Origin: an uncultured Chloroflexia bacterium
GTDB taxonomy: Bacteria > Chloroflexota > UBA6077 > JACCZL01
DNA: 64,000 nucleotides
Reading direction: 5' to 3'
NCBI GenBank assembly: GCA_963765765.1
Contig: CAVXYC010000023.1
Span: 128,001-192,000 of the forward strand
Shown: positions 1-8,809 of the stretch, piece after piece
Numbering within the stretch: the first letter of the stretch is position 1
How the letters are laid out: the number at the start of each line of letters is the position of its first letter
The notes under the pieces: generated by a model
What the model was told of the DNA's origin: nothing
Database searches by the model: none
The model's input: the letters and a program-made list of their open reading frames with translations, nothing else
Program-made: the position numbers and the translations under genes

Positions 1-665
1 TGCTATTCGCGGTCTATATGATCCGGATGCTTCGCTCCACTCAGCAGCAGGTGGAGCAGGCCGTGGCGAGAATTGACCTCGATGCACCGATAGCTCCTCC
101 GATTTCATCGGGTGGCATGGCGGCGGCCATGCCACCCGATGAACCAGAACGGCCACGCCGATTTGCAGTGCGCCCTCGCTGGCGCTGGGAGCATCTACTC
201 TGGCTGGCGCTGGCGGCCTGGGCCGGCGGCATCATCTTCCGAGAGAGCTTGCGCTATACAGGGCCGGCGCAGTTCTTCCCGCTGCTGGCCAGCTCAGGGT
301 TTCTCTTGATCCTGGTGGGGCTAGTCATTACGGACCTGCTCAGGCCTGACCAGCGCGCCAACGAGATCATGGACATCGGCATGCGGACCGGCACGGGCAA
401 GGAAGCATTCCGAGCATTCTTACCCATCGTTGGCTGGATCATCGGGTTCATTGCGCTGATGGGTATTCTGGGACTGCAGCTCGCCAGCATCGTGTTCCCG
501 GCGATCTATATCACCGCGTCGCTTCGATGGCGGGGGAAGAAGGCCTTGTGGGTACTCGCACCAGTCGCGCTCTCGACGTTTGTGTCGGTGATCATTATGG
601 AAAACGTCTTGAACGTCTACTGGCCTGAGCCATTCATTACTTCATGGGTGCAGCGCCGGTTCTAG
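1..665 (+). CDS. 3' part of a tripartite tricarboxylate transporter-like membrane protein (TctB-like C-terminal domain), probably partial at the window edge
   Basis: Several hydrophobic helices, 'PAQFFPLL' and C-terminal 'LNVYWPEP' resemble TctB-type domains; the frame is open from the window start. Confidence 0.5.
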   Translation, partial: LFAVYMIRMLRSTQQQVEQAVARIDLDAPIAPPISSGGMAAAMPPDEPERPRRFAVRPRWRWEHLLWLALAAWAGGIIFRESLRYTGPAQFFPLLASSGFLLILVGLVITDLLRPDQRANEIMDIGMRTGTGKEAFRAFLPIVGWIIGFIALMGILGLQLASIVFPAIYITASLRWRGKKALWVLAPVALSTFVSVIIMENVLNVYWPEPFITSWVQRRF

Positions 666-789
666 ATCAGCGCAAAGCACTTCAGAGTGCGGTGCGGCGT
701 GGGTAGGGCCGCCCTCCACTCTACCCACTGCCCGTATCGGTGATGTCGCCGGAATCCAAAGCGGCCTTCTCCACGCCGCTTCGCACGGG

Positions 790-1351
790 TCAGCGGGTGA
801 TTTCAGCCAGCTTCGCATCGATGACCTGGGCAAAGGTCTCGACGTTTTGCGGCAACGAGGCGCTCACCGTTGATGACGAAGACCGGCGTGGCGATGATGC
901 CGATACTCCGTCCGTTAGTAAGGTCGTCTCGAATCGACGGCAAATCTTCGGCCGAATCGAGACAGGCGCTGAATGGCTCCGGGCTCAATCCGAGATCCAC
1001 GGCGAATTGTTTCAGATTGGCAGATGAGAACTGGCCCTGGTTGTATCCGCGCTGATTCCAGAAGAGAAGATCGTGGTAGTCCCAGAATAGCTCTTCCTGC
1101 CCGGCGCAACGCGCCGCCTGCGCGGCCATTCGACTCTCTTCGCCGATCCAGGCAAAGTCATTCCAGACAACTCGTAGCTGCCCGGTACCGACGTATCGTT
1201 CGATGAGCTGTGGTAACACCTCACGGGTGAATCTTCCACAGCCGGGTCATTGAAAGTCGGCGTATTCCTCCATTGTTACCGGAGCGTCGAGCGAGCCTAG
1301 ATAGCGCTGAGGGTGGGGATCGGACCGTGGAGTTGTGAGGACGTGGAGCAT
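790..1351 (-). CDS. DsbA/thioredoxin-fold oxidoreductase, probable selenoprotein (U-P-G-C); likely indel near 850
   Basis: ORF 1247..1531 ends 'LGSLDAPVTMEEYADFQ' at TGA 1247-1249; the frame continues 'PGCGRFTREVLPQLIERYV' into ORF 803..1219 with cis-Pro 'ATPVFVING'. A one-base shift near 850 gives 'VETFAQVIDAKLAEITR*', similar to the paralog's C-terminus. Confidence 0.85.
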
Positions 1352-1394
1352 AGAATCACCAGGAGTCCACCGCGGTTGATGAATGGGAGGCCCG

Positions 1395-2243
1395 ATGCCA
1401 ACACTCCGCTTTGCCAATGCAGAAGACCTACCGCCCGAAGAGCGCGCCGTCCTTGAGCGGATCGCCAAGCGTATGGGGCGCGCTCCCGATGATTTCGGGG
1501 AGATCTTTCGCGCGCAAGCACATTGGCCCACATACCTGGAAGCGAATCACCAGCAAACACTGTATGGCTTTCGGATCAAGGGCCAATTGCCAGAGATCAC
1601 CAAACAAGCTATGCACGTCGCCGTCTCGATGGCGAATCGGTGCGAGTATTGACTTAGCAGCCATGTAGCCGCCGTGCTGCGGCTGGGACTGACCGAGAAG
1701 GGCGTGACCGAGATCCTCGCAGTGTCCGAGCACACCGTGAGCGTGTGTGCCGCGGCCGAGGGACTGCGTATTCCTTCCGATGTGCCAACTGGGAGCACGC
1801 ACCCGGCCACTGCGATCGTTGCTCCGTTGAGCGATGCCGAACTGGGCGATGCCATTTCCACCATCGAAGCAATTGCCGCCTGGAGCCGCGAGCACCTGGA
1901 CACCGCAACCGCGCCGGCATTCTGGCGAACCATCGCGCACCAGCCGCGCTTTCTACAGGCAACCTGGGCCAAGGACCGACTCATAATGGGGGATGGGGAG
2001 CTTGACGCTGCCGCCAAGGTCTGCACGGCCCTCGCCGTGGCGATGTTCCGTCAGAGCTCGTACTGGACCGGGTACCTTGCGCAACAGCTTCGGCACGACT
2101 TCCGGATGAGCGACGCCACGCTGGTTGAGCTTACGGCCGGCGTGATGCACTACGTATCGTTCAATACGGTGGCGCACGGCATGCGCCTGGCCGCGCCACA
2201 CACAGACATGACCGCGAGCGCATTTCGTGAGCCGGCCCGCTGA
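1395..2243 (+). CDS. Two-domain AhpD/carboxymuconolactone decarboxylase-like protein, probable selenoprotein (C-E-Y-U)
   Basis: 'AVSMANRCEY' + TGA 1650-1652 + 'LSSHVAAVLRLGLTE' joins ORF 1674..2243 in frame; matches the AhpD CxxCxxxH motif with the second Cys as TGA. Confidence 0.85.
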
Positions 2244-2244
2244 G

Positions 2245-2502
2245 TCACCGCTCCACGCTCGCCAGCCTATTTGATGTTCGACGGCTCCTTCCTCCAAGCA
2301 AACTGGGCACGCGGTAGGGATACGGTGTCCGAAGATAGCGCGGCGATTTGTGCACGACGCCCGGGATCGCAGGAATGGGGATACATGTTCCGGTGCCGGG
2401 ATCCCCGGGCTCGTGGAGCGAGATCGCCGCGCTACCCGTAGGGCGCCCATTGTGTGGAAGAGCGTCCGGTGCAGTACTGGCTCTCGCCGTGGAACTATTC
2501 AT
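2245..2502 (-). CDS. Small hypothetical protein, possibly translationally coupled to the upstream AhpD-like gene
   Basis: ATGA overlap at 2499-2502; no recognisable motif. Confidence 0.25.
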   Translation of the reverse strand: MNSSTARASTAPDALPHNGRPTGSAAISLHEPGDPGTGTCIPIPAIPGVVHKSPRYLRTPYPYRVPSLLGGRSRRTSNRLASVER

Positions 2503-3143
2503 CCCCCTTCGAGTTGCCAGATCGGCTTGGGCAATGCCGCGTCACGAACGTCTGCCAGACGACTGGCGCGCTCGCGTCCGGCAACAGCCGACTCGACCGT
2601 GCTATCTGAGAGCTCGAGGCCCAGGGCGTCTACCACCCGCAGGCGAAAGTTGAAATACGCGCAGACCTGCACGATGTCAAGGATGTCGCGGTCGGTCCAG
2701 CCATGGTAGCGGAGCGTCTGCACATCCGCCGCGGTCATGCCGCTGGGATTAATCGTCAGCTTTTCGACGTACTCCAACATCGCAAACTCTGCCGGGCTCA
2801 GGTCCGCTGACCGCCAGTCAGCCTTGAGCGTTTCGGCCACCAGGTCATCGCCGCCCTCTTTACGCAGAGCCTCTGCGTGAGCGGTCGTTCAATACTTGCA
2901 GTTCGCGGTCAGCGAGGTAACCGTGGCAATCATCTCGCGCTGCTGCGTGGTGAGTCCGGAAGGGCCGCGCATGACCTCCCACATCAGCTCCGCCGCGTGC
3001 CACATAGCCTTCGGATTGAGGCTGTGGAGCGAGGAGGGGCTGGGATGCACCCGCTGTTGGCCGCGTTGCTGACGAATCTTCTCGTAGTAATGTAGGAGGT
3101 CCCCGTCAGCCTCGTCGTCGGGGATTGTTCTGATCCAGGTCAT
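2499..3143 (-). CDS. AhpD-like peroxidase-related enzyme, probable selenoprotein (C-K-Y-U)
   Basis: 'MTWIRTIPDDEA...REMIATVTSLTANCKY' + TGA 2889-2891 + 'TTAHAEALRKEGGDDLVAE' joins ORF 2499..2840 in frame, ending with the typical 'YFNFRLRVVDALG'. Confidence 0.9.
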
Positions 3144-3327
3144 GCGCTTCCTCTCATGTGCTCCAAGCACTCGGTATAGCTCACTTCACGGCACTCAACT
3201 CGCTTAGCCCGCGTTATTCACCGCTCACAGCCTACCTGCCACTGAGGATCCTGAGTATCGCGAGAACGTCAACAGGGCATAAGCTTCTTCAGTCAAGGAC
3301 AGCAAGGTAACTCTCCTTGTTGTCATG

Positions 3328-4143
3328 TTAAGGAATGACGGGATCAGGCAAACGTGCCGTGAGCAGCACGTAGCTCAGAATCCCCTGATCGACGGCCTGC
3401 GCCGCGACGCGGGCGAGCGCTGAGGCCTCGTCGAGGTCGACACGGTCGAGCCCGATGCCATGAACCTTCGTCAGTAACTCGCCGCCGGTCAGGCGCAGGC
3501 GAATTTGGCGCACCATCGCAACGAGCGCGGCTCGGTGATCTTCTGTGCGATCGATGGCGAAGCCAGCCTGCTCCAGTTGGCGTACGTATTGCTCCAGCGG
3601 CTGAGCATCGGCAATGCAGCTTACCCAGGCATGGAGCGTCAGGAGCTCAGCGGGCAGAGCTCTCGTTCGGACGAGGTCGCTCAAGCCCAGCCGGCCGCCG
3701 GGGCGGAGGACGCGCGCAAACTCGTTGGCCGCCGTGGGTTTGTCTGGAAACGTGCAGAAGGCGCACTCGCAAATAACGACATCGAACGAGTTGTCGGGGA
3801 ATTGAAGCCGCTCGGCGTCGCCTTGATGGAAATGCACCCGTGCGTCAAGGCCCGCCTCCCTGGCCGTCGTGTCAGCCAGGGCCACGTTCTCAGCCCCGAA
3901 GTCCACGCCGGTCACAGAGCATCCCACCGTCCGGGCGAGGTGGATCGCCGACTCGCCCCGTCCGGAGGCAACATCCAGAACGCGATCCCGCGGAGATAGC
4001 AGGATCAACTCTGCCAGCCGCTCGGTGAGCATCGTCCCACCTGGATGGAACGAGCCAGCCAGGAGCCAGCGCGCCCAATCGCCCTGGTACGCCGCCGCGC
4101 AGCAGGCCTTGAGAATGTCGGGCGAGGGCAACGCTTCAGACAT
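3328..4143 (-). CDS. Class I SAM-dependent methyltransferase, ArsM (arsenite methyltransferase)-like Cys pattern
   Basis: Motif I 'VLDVASGRG', 'RVLRPGG', N-terminal 'CC', and 'VVICECAFCTFPDK' and 'WVSCIADA', which resemble ArsM 'ISNCVINLSPDK' and 'WxGCIAGA'; overlaps the radical SAM stop. Confidence 0.8.
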   Translation of the reverse strand: MSEALPSPDILKACCAAAYQGDWARWLLAGSFHPGGTMLTERLAELILLSPRDRVLDVASGRGESAIHLARTVGCSVTGVDFGAENVALADTTAREAGLDARVHFHQGDAERLQFPDNSFDVVICECAFCTFPDKPTAANEFARVLRPGGRLGLSDLVRTRALPAELLTLHAWVSCIADAQPLEQYVRQLEQAGFAIDRTEDHRAALVAMVRQIRLRLTGGELLTKVHGIGLDRVDLDEASALARVAAQAVDQGILSYVLLTARLPDPVIP

Positions 4144-5644
4144 CGAGACGCGCAGCCGTCACGGCAGGATCGAACGAAAAGCTCAAGGGGATCACGCGTG
4201 CGGTGCGGCCTTCATGTTCAGCTTGCTGTCGCTCCCGCTGACGCCAGGCAAGCTGCGCCCGGGCCTGCTCGCGATAGCCCACGCTGTTGTACGCGCAGAA
4301 CGGGATCTGCTTCCCATCCGGCAGGAGCATCGCCTTGCAGCACTTCATGAGGTTCTTCTGATTGAACGTCCATGGGTCCATGAAGTCCTGGAACATAATC
4401 ATGAACACGCGCTCGGCAAGCGATCCGAGGCTAAGACCATCGGGAAGATCGCAGGCCGCGCAGGAGATCGCAAAGTTGCTCGCCGCGGTGTCCGAGCCGG
4501 GTACAGATGAGCTCGACCACAGCCCCTCCAGCGCGCCCTGGATATCCGCGCCAAGATCGGGCAGGACCCGGTTGGTGATGTAATCCAGGTAGTCCTCCAC
4601 GTTGATCAGCCGAGGCAGCGGCATGATCCTCTCGCCGTCCACATACGCGTAGGTGACGGCGTTGCACGTGGGGAAGCAACAGGGGACAGGAACGAAGTCC
4701 GAGGCGACAAAAAGTTGCTCTGTCTGAGATTCCAGCGCGCCGATGATATCTGGAATCGTCACTCGTTTCAGTGGGTCGTGCGCGCCATGACGGCCAGCGT
4801 GGAACGCGGGTTGAAAATTGACGCCACGGACGGCCGGATGTTCTAGCCCGAAGCGAACGATGCGCCCGACCTCATGCAGGTTCACGTCCCGCTCGATCGC
4901 CGGCACCAGGATGACCTGACAGCCGATCGAGGCGAGTCGGTCAAGCGCCCGCAGCTTCTCATCCAGGAGGTCCGGCTCACCTCGGATGATTTGATATGTC
5001 TCCAATGCAAAACCATCAAATTGAAAATAGATGGACGGCTGCACGGCCGCGAGCTCGGCGAGAAACGCGTCATCACGGGCAATGCGCTTCCCGTTGGTGT
5101 TGAGCATGACATGCGGGATCTGGCGCTCCTGTGCCGCCCGGAGCATCGGAATGATTTGAGGATGGATACTCGGCTCGCCACCTGAGAACTGGACGACTTC
5201 CGGCCGGCCTTCGGTCGCCACGAAATTGTCCAGGATCGCTTCCACGTCATCGAGTGTCAGGCTGAAGCCTACCCCTGCGTTGGCAAAGCACAATGGACAG
5301 TCCATGTTGCAGGCGCTGTTGACCTCGATGATTCCCAGGCAAACGTGCTGCTGGTGGTCCGGACAGAGCCCGCAATCATGCGGGCAGCCGCGGTCAACCT
5401 GACTGCCAAACGCAAGCGGGAACGTGCCTGGCTTGTTGAACCGCGCCAGTCGCACATAAGCTTCGGCGTCTCCGTAGATCAGCGCCTCTACCCGGCCGTG
5501 ATCAGGGCAGCGCTTGCGCATGATGACCTGATTGTCGCGCAGGAGCACCTGAGCGTCGATCGGTCGCCGACATTCGGGACAAATACTGCGGGTGAGCTCA
5601 TGGAACACGTAATCCGCGTTCCGTGGCGAATCAATCACGAACAT
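4136..5644 (-). CDS. Radical SAM enzyme of the MJ0619/Tes (GDGT-MAS, tetraether synthase)-like family
   Basis: N-terminal 'TRSICPEC...KRCPDHG', 'GCPHDCGLCPDH', radical SAM 'CNMDCPLC', 'FSGGEP' and C-terminal 'FMDPWTFNQKNLMKCC...PDGKQIPFCAYN' match the family architecture. Confidence 0.85.
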   Translation of the reverse strand: MFVIDSPRNADYVFHELTRSICPECRRPIDAQVLLRDNQVIMRKRCPDHGRVEALIYGDAEAYVRLARFNKPGTFPLAFGSQVDRGCPHDCGLCPDHQQHVCLGIIEVNSACNMDCPLCFANAGVGFSLTLDDVEAILDNFVATEGRPEVVQFSGGEPSIHPQIIPMLRAAQERQIPHVMLNTNGKRIARDDAFLAELAAVQPSIYFQFDGFALETYQIIRGEPDLLDEKLRALDRLASIGCQVILVPAIERDVNLHEVGRIVRFGLEHPAVRGVNFQPAFHAGRHGAHDPLKRVTIPDIIGALESQTEQLFVASDFVPVPCCFPTCNAVTYAYVDGERIMPLPRLINVEDYLDYITNRVLPDLGADIQGALEGLWSSSSVPGSDTAASNFAISCAACDLPDGLSLGSLAERVFMIMFQDFMDPWTFNQKNLMKCCKAMLLPDGKQIPFCAYNSVGYREQARAQLAWRQRERQQAEHEGRTARVIPLSFSFDPAVTAARLDV

Positions 5645-6198
5645 GCTCCTGTTCTCGGCGGTGAGCGGCTGCCGCCGCCCGAACGGCGTCCACTATCGCA
5701 GAAGGACTGGGGCGGTCCGCGGGCTCCCTGCTGCGGTGGGCGAAGACGATTCGGCCAGCATTATCCAGGACAAAATCGCCGCCAAGCTGGGTAATGTCGG
5801 TTCGGGGCAAACGGAGGGATCGGCCACGCCAAATTCCTCGGACGTACACCATGAGACTCCGCCAGTTCCAGAGTTCGCCGAAGCCGCCCCGCTCCAAGGC
5901 CGAAAGCCCCGTATGCGCGCCGGGTCGGATCACGCAGAAGAGGAAATGGGACATGCTCTCGGTCCGCAAAAAGGGCAGCGCGCTCAGGTGATTCGAACGA
6001 GATAGCCATTACTCTAGCTCCAAGCTCCTCTAGCTCGGTTTGATGATCGCGCAACCGCGCGAGATGCTCTCGGCACGGTATTCAACCCAGCCACCGCAGA
6101 AACACCAGAACCAGCGGTCGCCCGCGCAGCTCAGACAGATGAACCTCGCGTTCATCACGATCCATCAGTACTACGTCGTGAGCGCGCTCACCGATCAC
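5631..6198 (-). CDS. AhpC/TSA (peroxiredoxin-like, PRXL2/SelL-type) protein, probable selenoprotein (U-I-P-C); frameshift near 5900
   Basis: From GTG 6198: 'VIGERAHDVVLMDRDEREVHLSELRGRPLVLVFLRWLG' + TGA 6082-6084 + 'IPCREHLARLRDHQTELEELG...DPTRRAYGAFGL', then shifted to 'QLGGDFVLDNAGRIVFAHRSREPADRP'. Confidence 0.85.
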
Positions 6199-6208
6199 TC
6201 GACGGGCC

Positions 6209-7597
6209 TCACCGGTGCCGCGCCATGAATCGCACAGTCGCACCTCTCCACCCCTGAGTGAGTGCTTTCAGGGTCACGTCGGCGCTGAGCTGCTGAAGAC
6301 CAAAGCTCAATGTTGGGTAGGCATGCATGGTGCCCGCAAGGTCAGCCACCGAGGACCCAAGCCGCAGAGCAACGGCGAGCTCGTTGATCATCTCGCTCAC
6401 ACCACGGCCCACGAGTGTGGCGCCGATGAGCCGGCCGTTCGCTCGGCAGATGAGCTTAATGAAGCCGCGCGTACTGCCCAGCGTCTGTGCGCGGTCCACG
6501 CGGTCCAGCGGTAGGGTATGCACCCTCGTGTCGGCGTTCCTCGCGCGGCAGGCGATCTCGCTCAGGCCGATATGCGCGACCTCGGGGTCTGTGAAGACGA
6601 CCCAGGGAAGCGCCGATCCCGTGCCTGGCAACGCCCCGGGGAGAAGCGCGTTCCGCGCCGCGACGAATCCCTGCCAACCAGCCAAGTGCGTGAATTGCGA
6701 CGCCCCGGTAACGTCTCCCGCGGCGTACACGTGCCGCTGCGATGTGCGTAGATTGCGGTCAAGTTTCAGCCGACCCGCACGGATCGTGATGCCCGCGCGC
6801 TCCAGACCAAGCTGCCGCAATCTTGGGTGCCGACCAGTAGCCACCAGCAATCCGTCGCCCGTGACCGTTCGATCGCCGAGGCTGACTGTGATCTCCGCGC
6901 CATGTGACCGGATGCGGGTGACGGCGTGCTTCAAGAGCAGCGTCACGCCATCGTCCACGAGTGCTCGAGCGAGCGTCTCGCTGGCGGCCGGATCCGCCAC
7001 GGTCAGGACACGATCGGCATGGTCAATGATGGTGACGCGCGCGCCCAGGCGAGCAAATGCTTGGCCCAGCTCAAGACCAACCGGCCCAGCCCCCAGGACG
7101 ATGAGTCTGTCCGGTGTCTGGGTGACGTTGAAGATGTCACGGTACGTCCAGTGCGGCGTGTCTGCCAGGCCCTCGATCGGTGGCTCAGCGGGGCAGGCGC
7201 CAGTGGCAAGGATGATGCGGCGCGCGGAATGAGCCACTTGGCCCACGCACACCGTGTGCGGTCCTTGCATCTCCCCGCGACCAGTGAGGACTTCCACACC
7301 GAGTCGGCTGAGCTGCGCGGAAGACTCTTGCTGACCGACAACTCGAGCGACTTCCTGAACTCGAGCCTGGATAGGTCCGAGATCGGCTAGTCCTGGCCGA
7401 TGGGCTTGAACGTGCGTGTTGGCCAATTCAATCAGCGTCTTGCTCGGGACGCAGCCATACCAGGTGCAGTCGCCGCCCAGGCGCTCCTCCTCGACAATGC
7501 CGACACGCAGGCCAAGCCGACCCGCGAAGTTGGCCGCAGTCAACCCAGCGGACCCGCCGCCGAGCACAAGGAGATCAAAATCTGTCGTTTGCTCCGC
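6209..7597 (-). CDS. Pyridine nucleotide-disulfide oxidoreductase (dihydrolipoamide dehydrogenase/mercuric-reductase-like, not MerA); start codon uncertain
   Basis: 'DFDLLVLGGGSAG', redox 'GGDCTWYGCVPSK', 'GAGPVGLE', 'YAAGDV', 'HAYPT'; lacks the MerA C-terminal Cys-Cys. Confidence 0.85.
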   Translation of the reverse strand, partial: AEQTTDFDLLVLGGGSAGLTAANFAGRLGLRVGIVEEERLGGDCTWYGCVPSKTLIELANTHVQAHRPGLADLGPIQARVQEVARVVGQQESSAQLSRLGVEVLTGRGEMQGPHTVCVGQVAHSARRIILATGACPAEPPIEGLADTPHWTYRDIFNVTQTPDRLIVLGAGPVGLELGQAFARLGARVTIIDHADRVLTVADPAASETLARALVDDGVTLLLKHAVTRIRSHGAEITVSLGDRTVTGDGLLVATGRHPRLRQLGLERAGITIRAGRLKLDRNLRTSQRHVYAAGDVTGASQFTHLAGWQGFVAARNALLPGALPGTGSALPWVVFTDPEVAHIGLSEIACRARNADTRVHTLPLDRVDRAQTLGSTRGFIKLICRANGRLIGATLVGRGVSEMINELAVALRLGSSVADLAGTMHAYPTLSFGLQQLSADVTLKALTQGWRGATVRFMARHR

Positions 7598-7770
7598 CTA
7601 ATGGACGACGTTAGAACTTATTATGCAAGCTCTTTACGACAGAATATGATTTAAAGTTGCTATCCTTCTACTTCAACTAAAAATCCACCGTAAGCCATCC
7701 GTTTCATCGCGCCTGCTCAGCGAGGCTGGTGGCTCGCTCACAACCCAGACAGTAGGCGGAGACGAAGATG

Positions 7771-8730
7771 TCAAGCGTGGGGGCCATACGATTCCACGCG
7801 GGCGTCACCCCGAGAGCGCGCCGGCTCTCCAGTGCGCGAGCCTGTCCGCGTGGCCACACCTGGAGACCTAGCTGTCGTGGGTGAACGGCGGAACCAGCGA
7901 AGGGCGATAACAGTGCCCGCCAGGCCGAAGCCGGCGAGGATCAGCCAGGCCACCGGAGCGAGGTTCGGGCCTTGCTCTGCGATCCATGCCTGGGCATGGA
8001 AGCCGGCGTCATCGAATCCAGCAGAGGCGTAGACGCCGCTGAGTGCTGAAGCGCCTTGGAGGTGGATGAAGCTCGCCCCGAGCAGTATGAGCAGCGTGCC
8101 TGCCAGAAGGCTCGTTGTGTGCGTGTGGAGTGGTCCGATGGGCAGGGTCCGACCGCGGAGCCAGACGCGTCGTCCGAGCTGGAATCGATCCCACAGCCAG
8201 GCAATGACGAACAGCGGCGCCGCCGTCCCAAGCGAATACGTGAAGAGCAGGGCGGCTCCTGCAAGCGGGTTGGCGGTTGACCCGGCAATGGTGAGCACGG
8301 CCCCCAGAAGCGGTCCCGCGCAGAAGCCCGAGACGCCGTATACCAGGCCGGTGAGGTACACGGAGAGCATGCCGCGACCGGTCTGAACTCGTCCGGCTAG
8401 TTGCTGCGGAATGATGGTGAAACCTGTGCCCGTGATCTCGAGCACGCCGAAGCCGATTAACAGCAGGCCAGCGGCGAGGATCGTTTGGTCGCGATAGTCG
8501 AGCAGCAGCGCGGCCACGAGCGACGCGCCGAGCCCGAGGGGAATGAAGATCGTGCAGAGTCCGGCGAGGAAGAGCATCGTCCGGCCGAGGAGCTCTGACT
8601 TGCTTGTGAACGCATAGGCAAAGAACGCTGGTAAGAGGAGCGCGCTGCACGGGGCGAGCAAGGAGAGGACTCCGCCAGCGAATGCCGCGACGAACGCCGC
8701 CTCAAGCATGCCGTGGCCGAATTCGATCAT
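7771..8730 (-). CDS. CcdA/DsbD-family transmembrane electron transporter (cytochrome c biogenesis protein)
   Basis: 'AFAGGVLSLLAPCSALLLP' and 'GFCAGPLLGAVL' with two membrane Cys; multiple TM helices. Confidence 0.85.
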   Translation of the reverse strand: MIEFGHGMLEAAFVAAFAGGVLSLLAPCSALLLPAFFAYAFTSKSELLGRTMLFLAGLCTIFIPLGLGASLVAALLLDYRDQTILAAGLLLIGFGVLEITGTGFTIIPQQLAGRVQTGRGMLSVYLTGLVYGVSGFCAGPLLGAVLTIAGSTANPLAGAALLFTYSLGTAAPLFVIAWLWDRFQLGRRVWLRGRTLPIGPLHTHTTSLLAGTLLILLGASFIHLQGASALSGVYASAGFDDAGFHAQAWIAEQGPNLAPVAWLILAGFGLAGTVIALRWFRRSPTTARSPGVATRTGSRTGEPARSRGDARVESYGPHA

Positions 8731-8809
8731 GACCGTGACCTCAGACGGACCTCAACCCGCACGCCCGAGCCACCGTGAGGCGCGTGCCGATGCACGGCGA
8801 ACGCGTCCA

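Noticed and set aside
4136-5644. Arsenosugar radical SAM ArsS or RiPP maturase
   Set aside because: The Cys architecture matches the MJ0619/Tes family; no arsenosugar glycosyltransferases or convincing precursor peptide are adjacent
6209-7597. Mercuric reductase MerA
   Set aside because: No C-terminal Cys-Cys, no NmerA domain and no merR/merT/merP nearby
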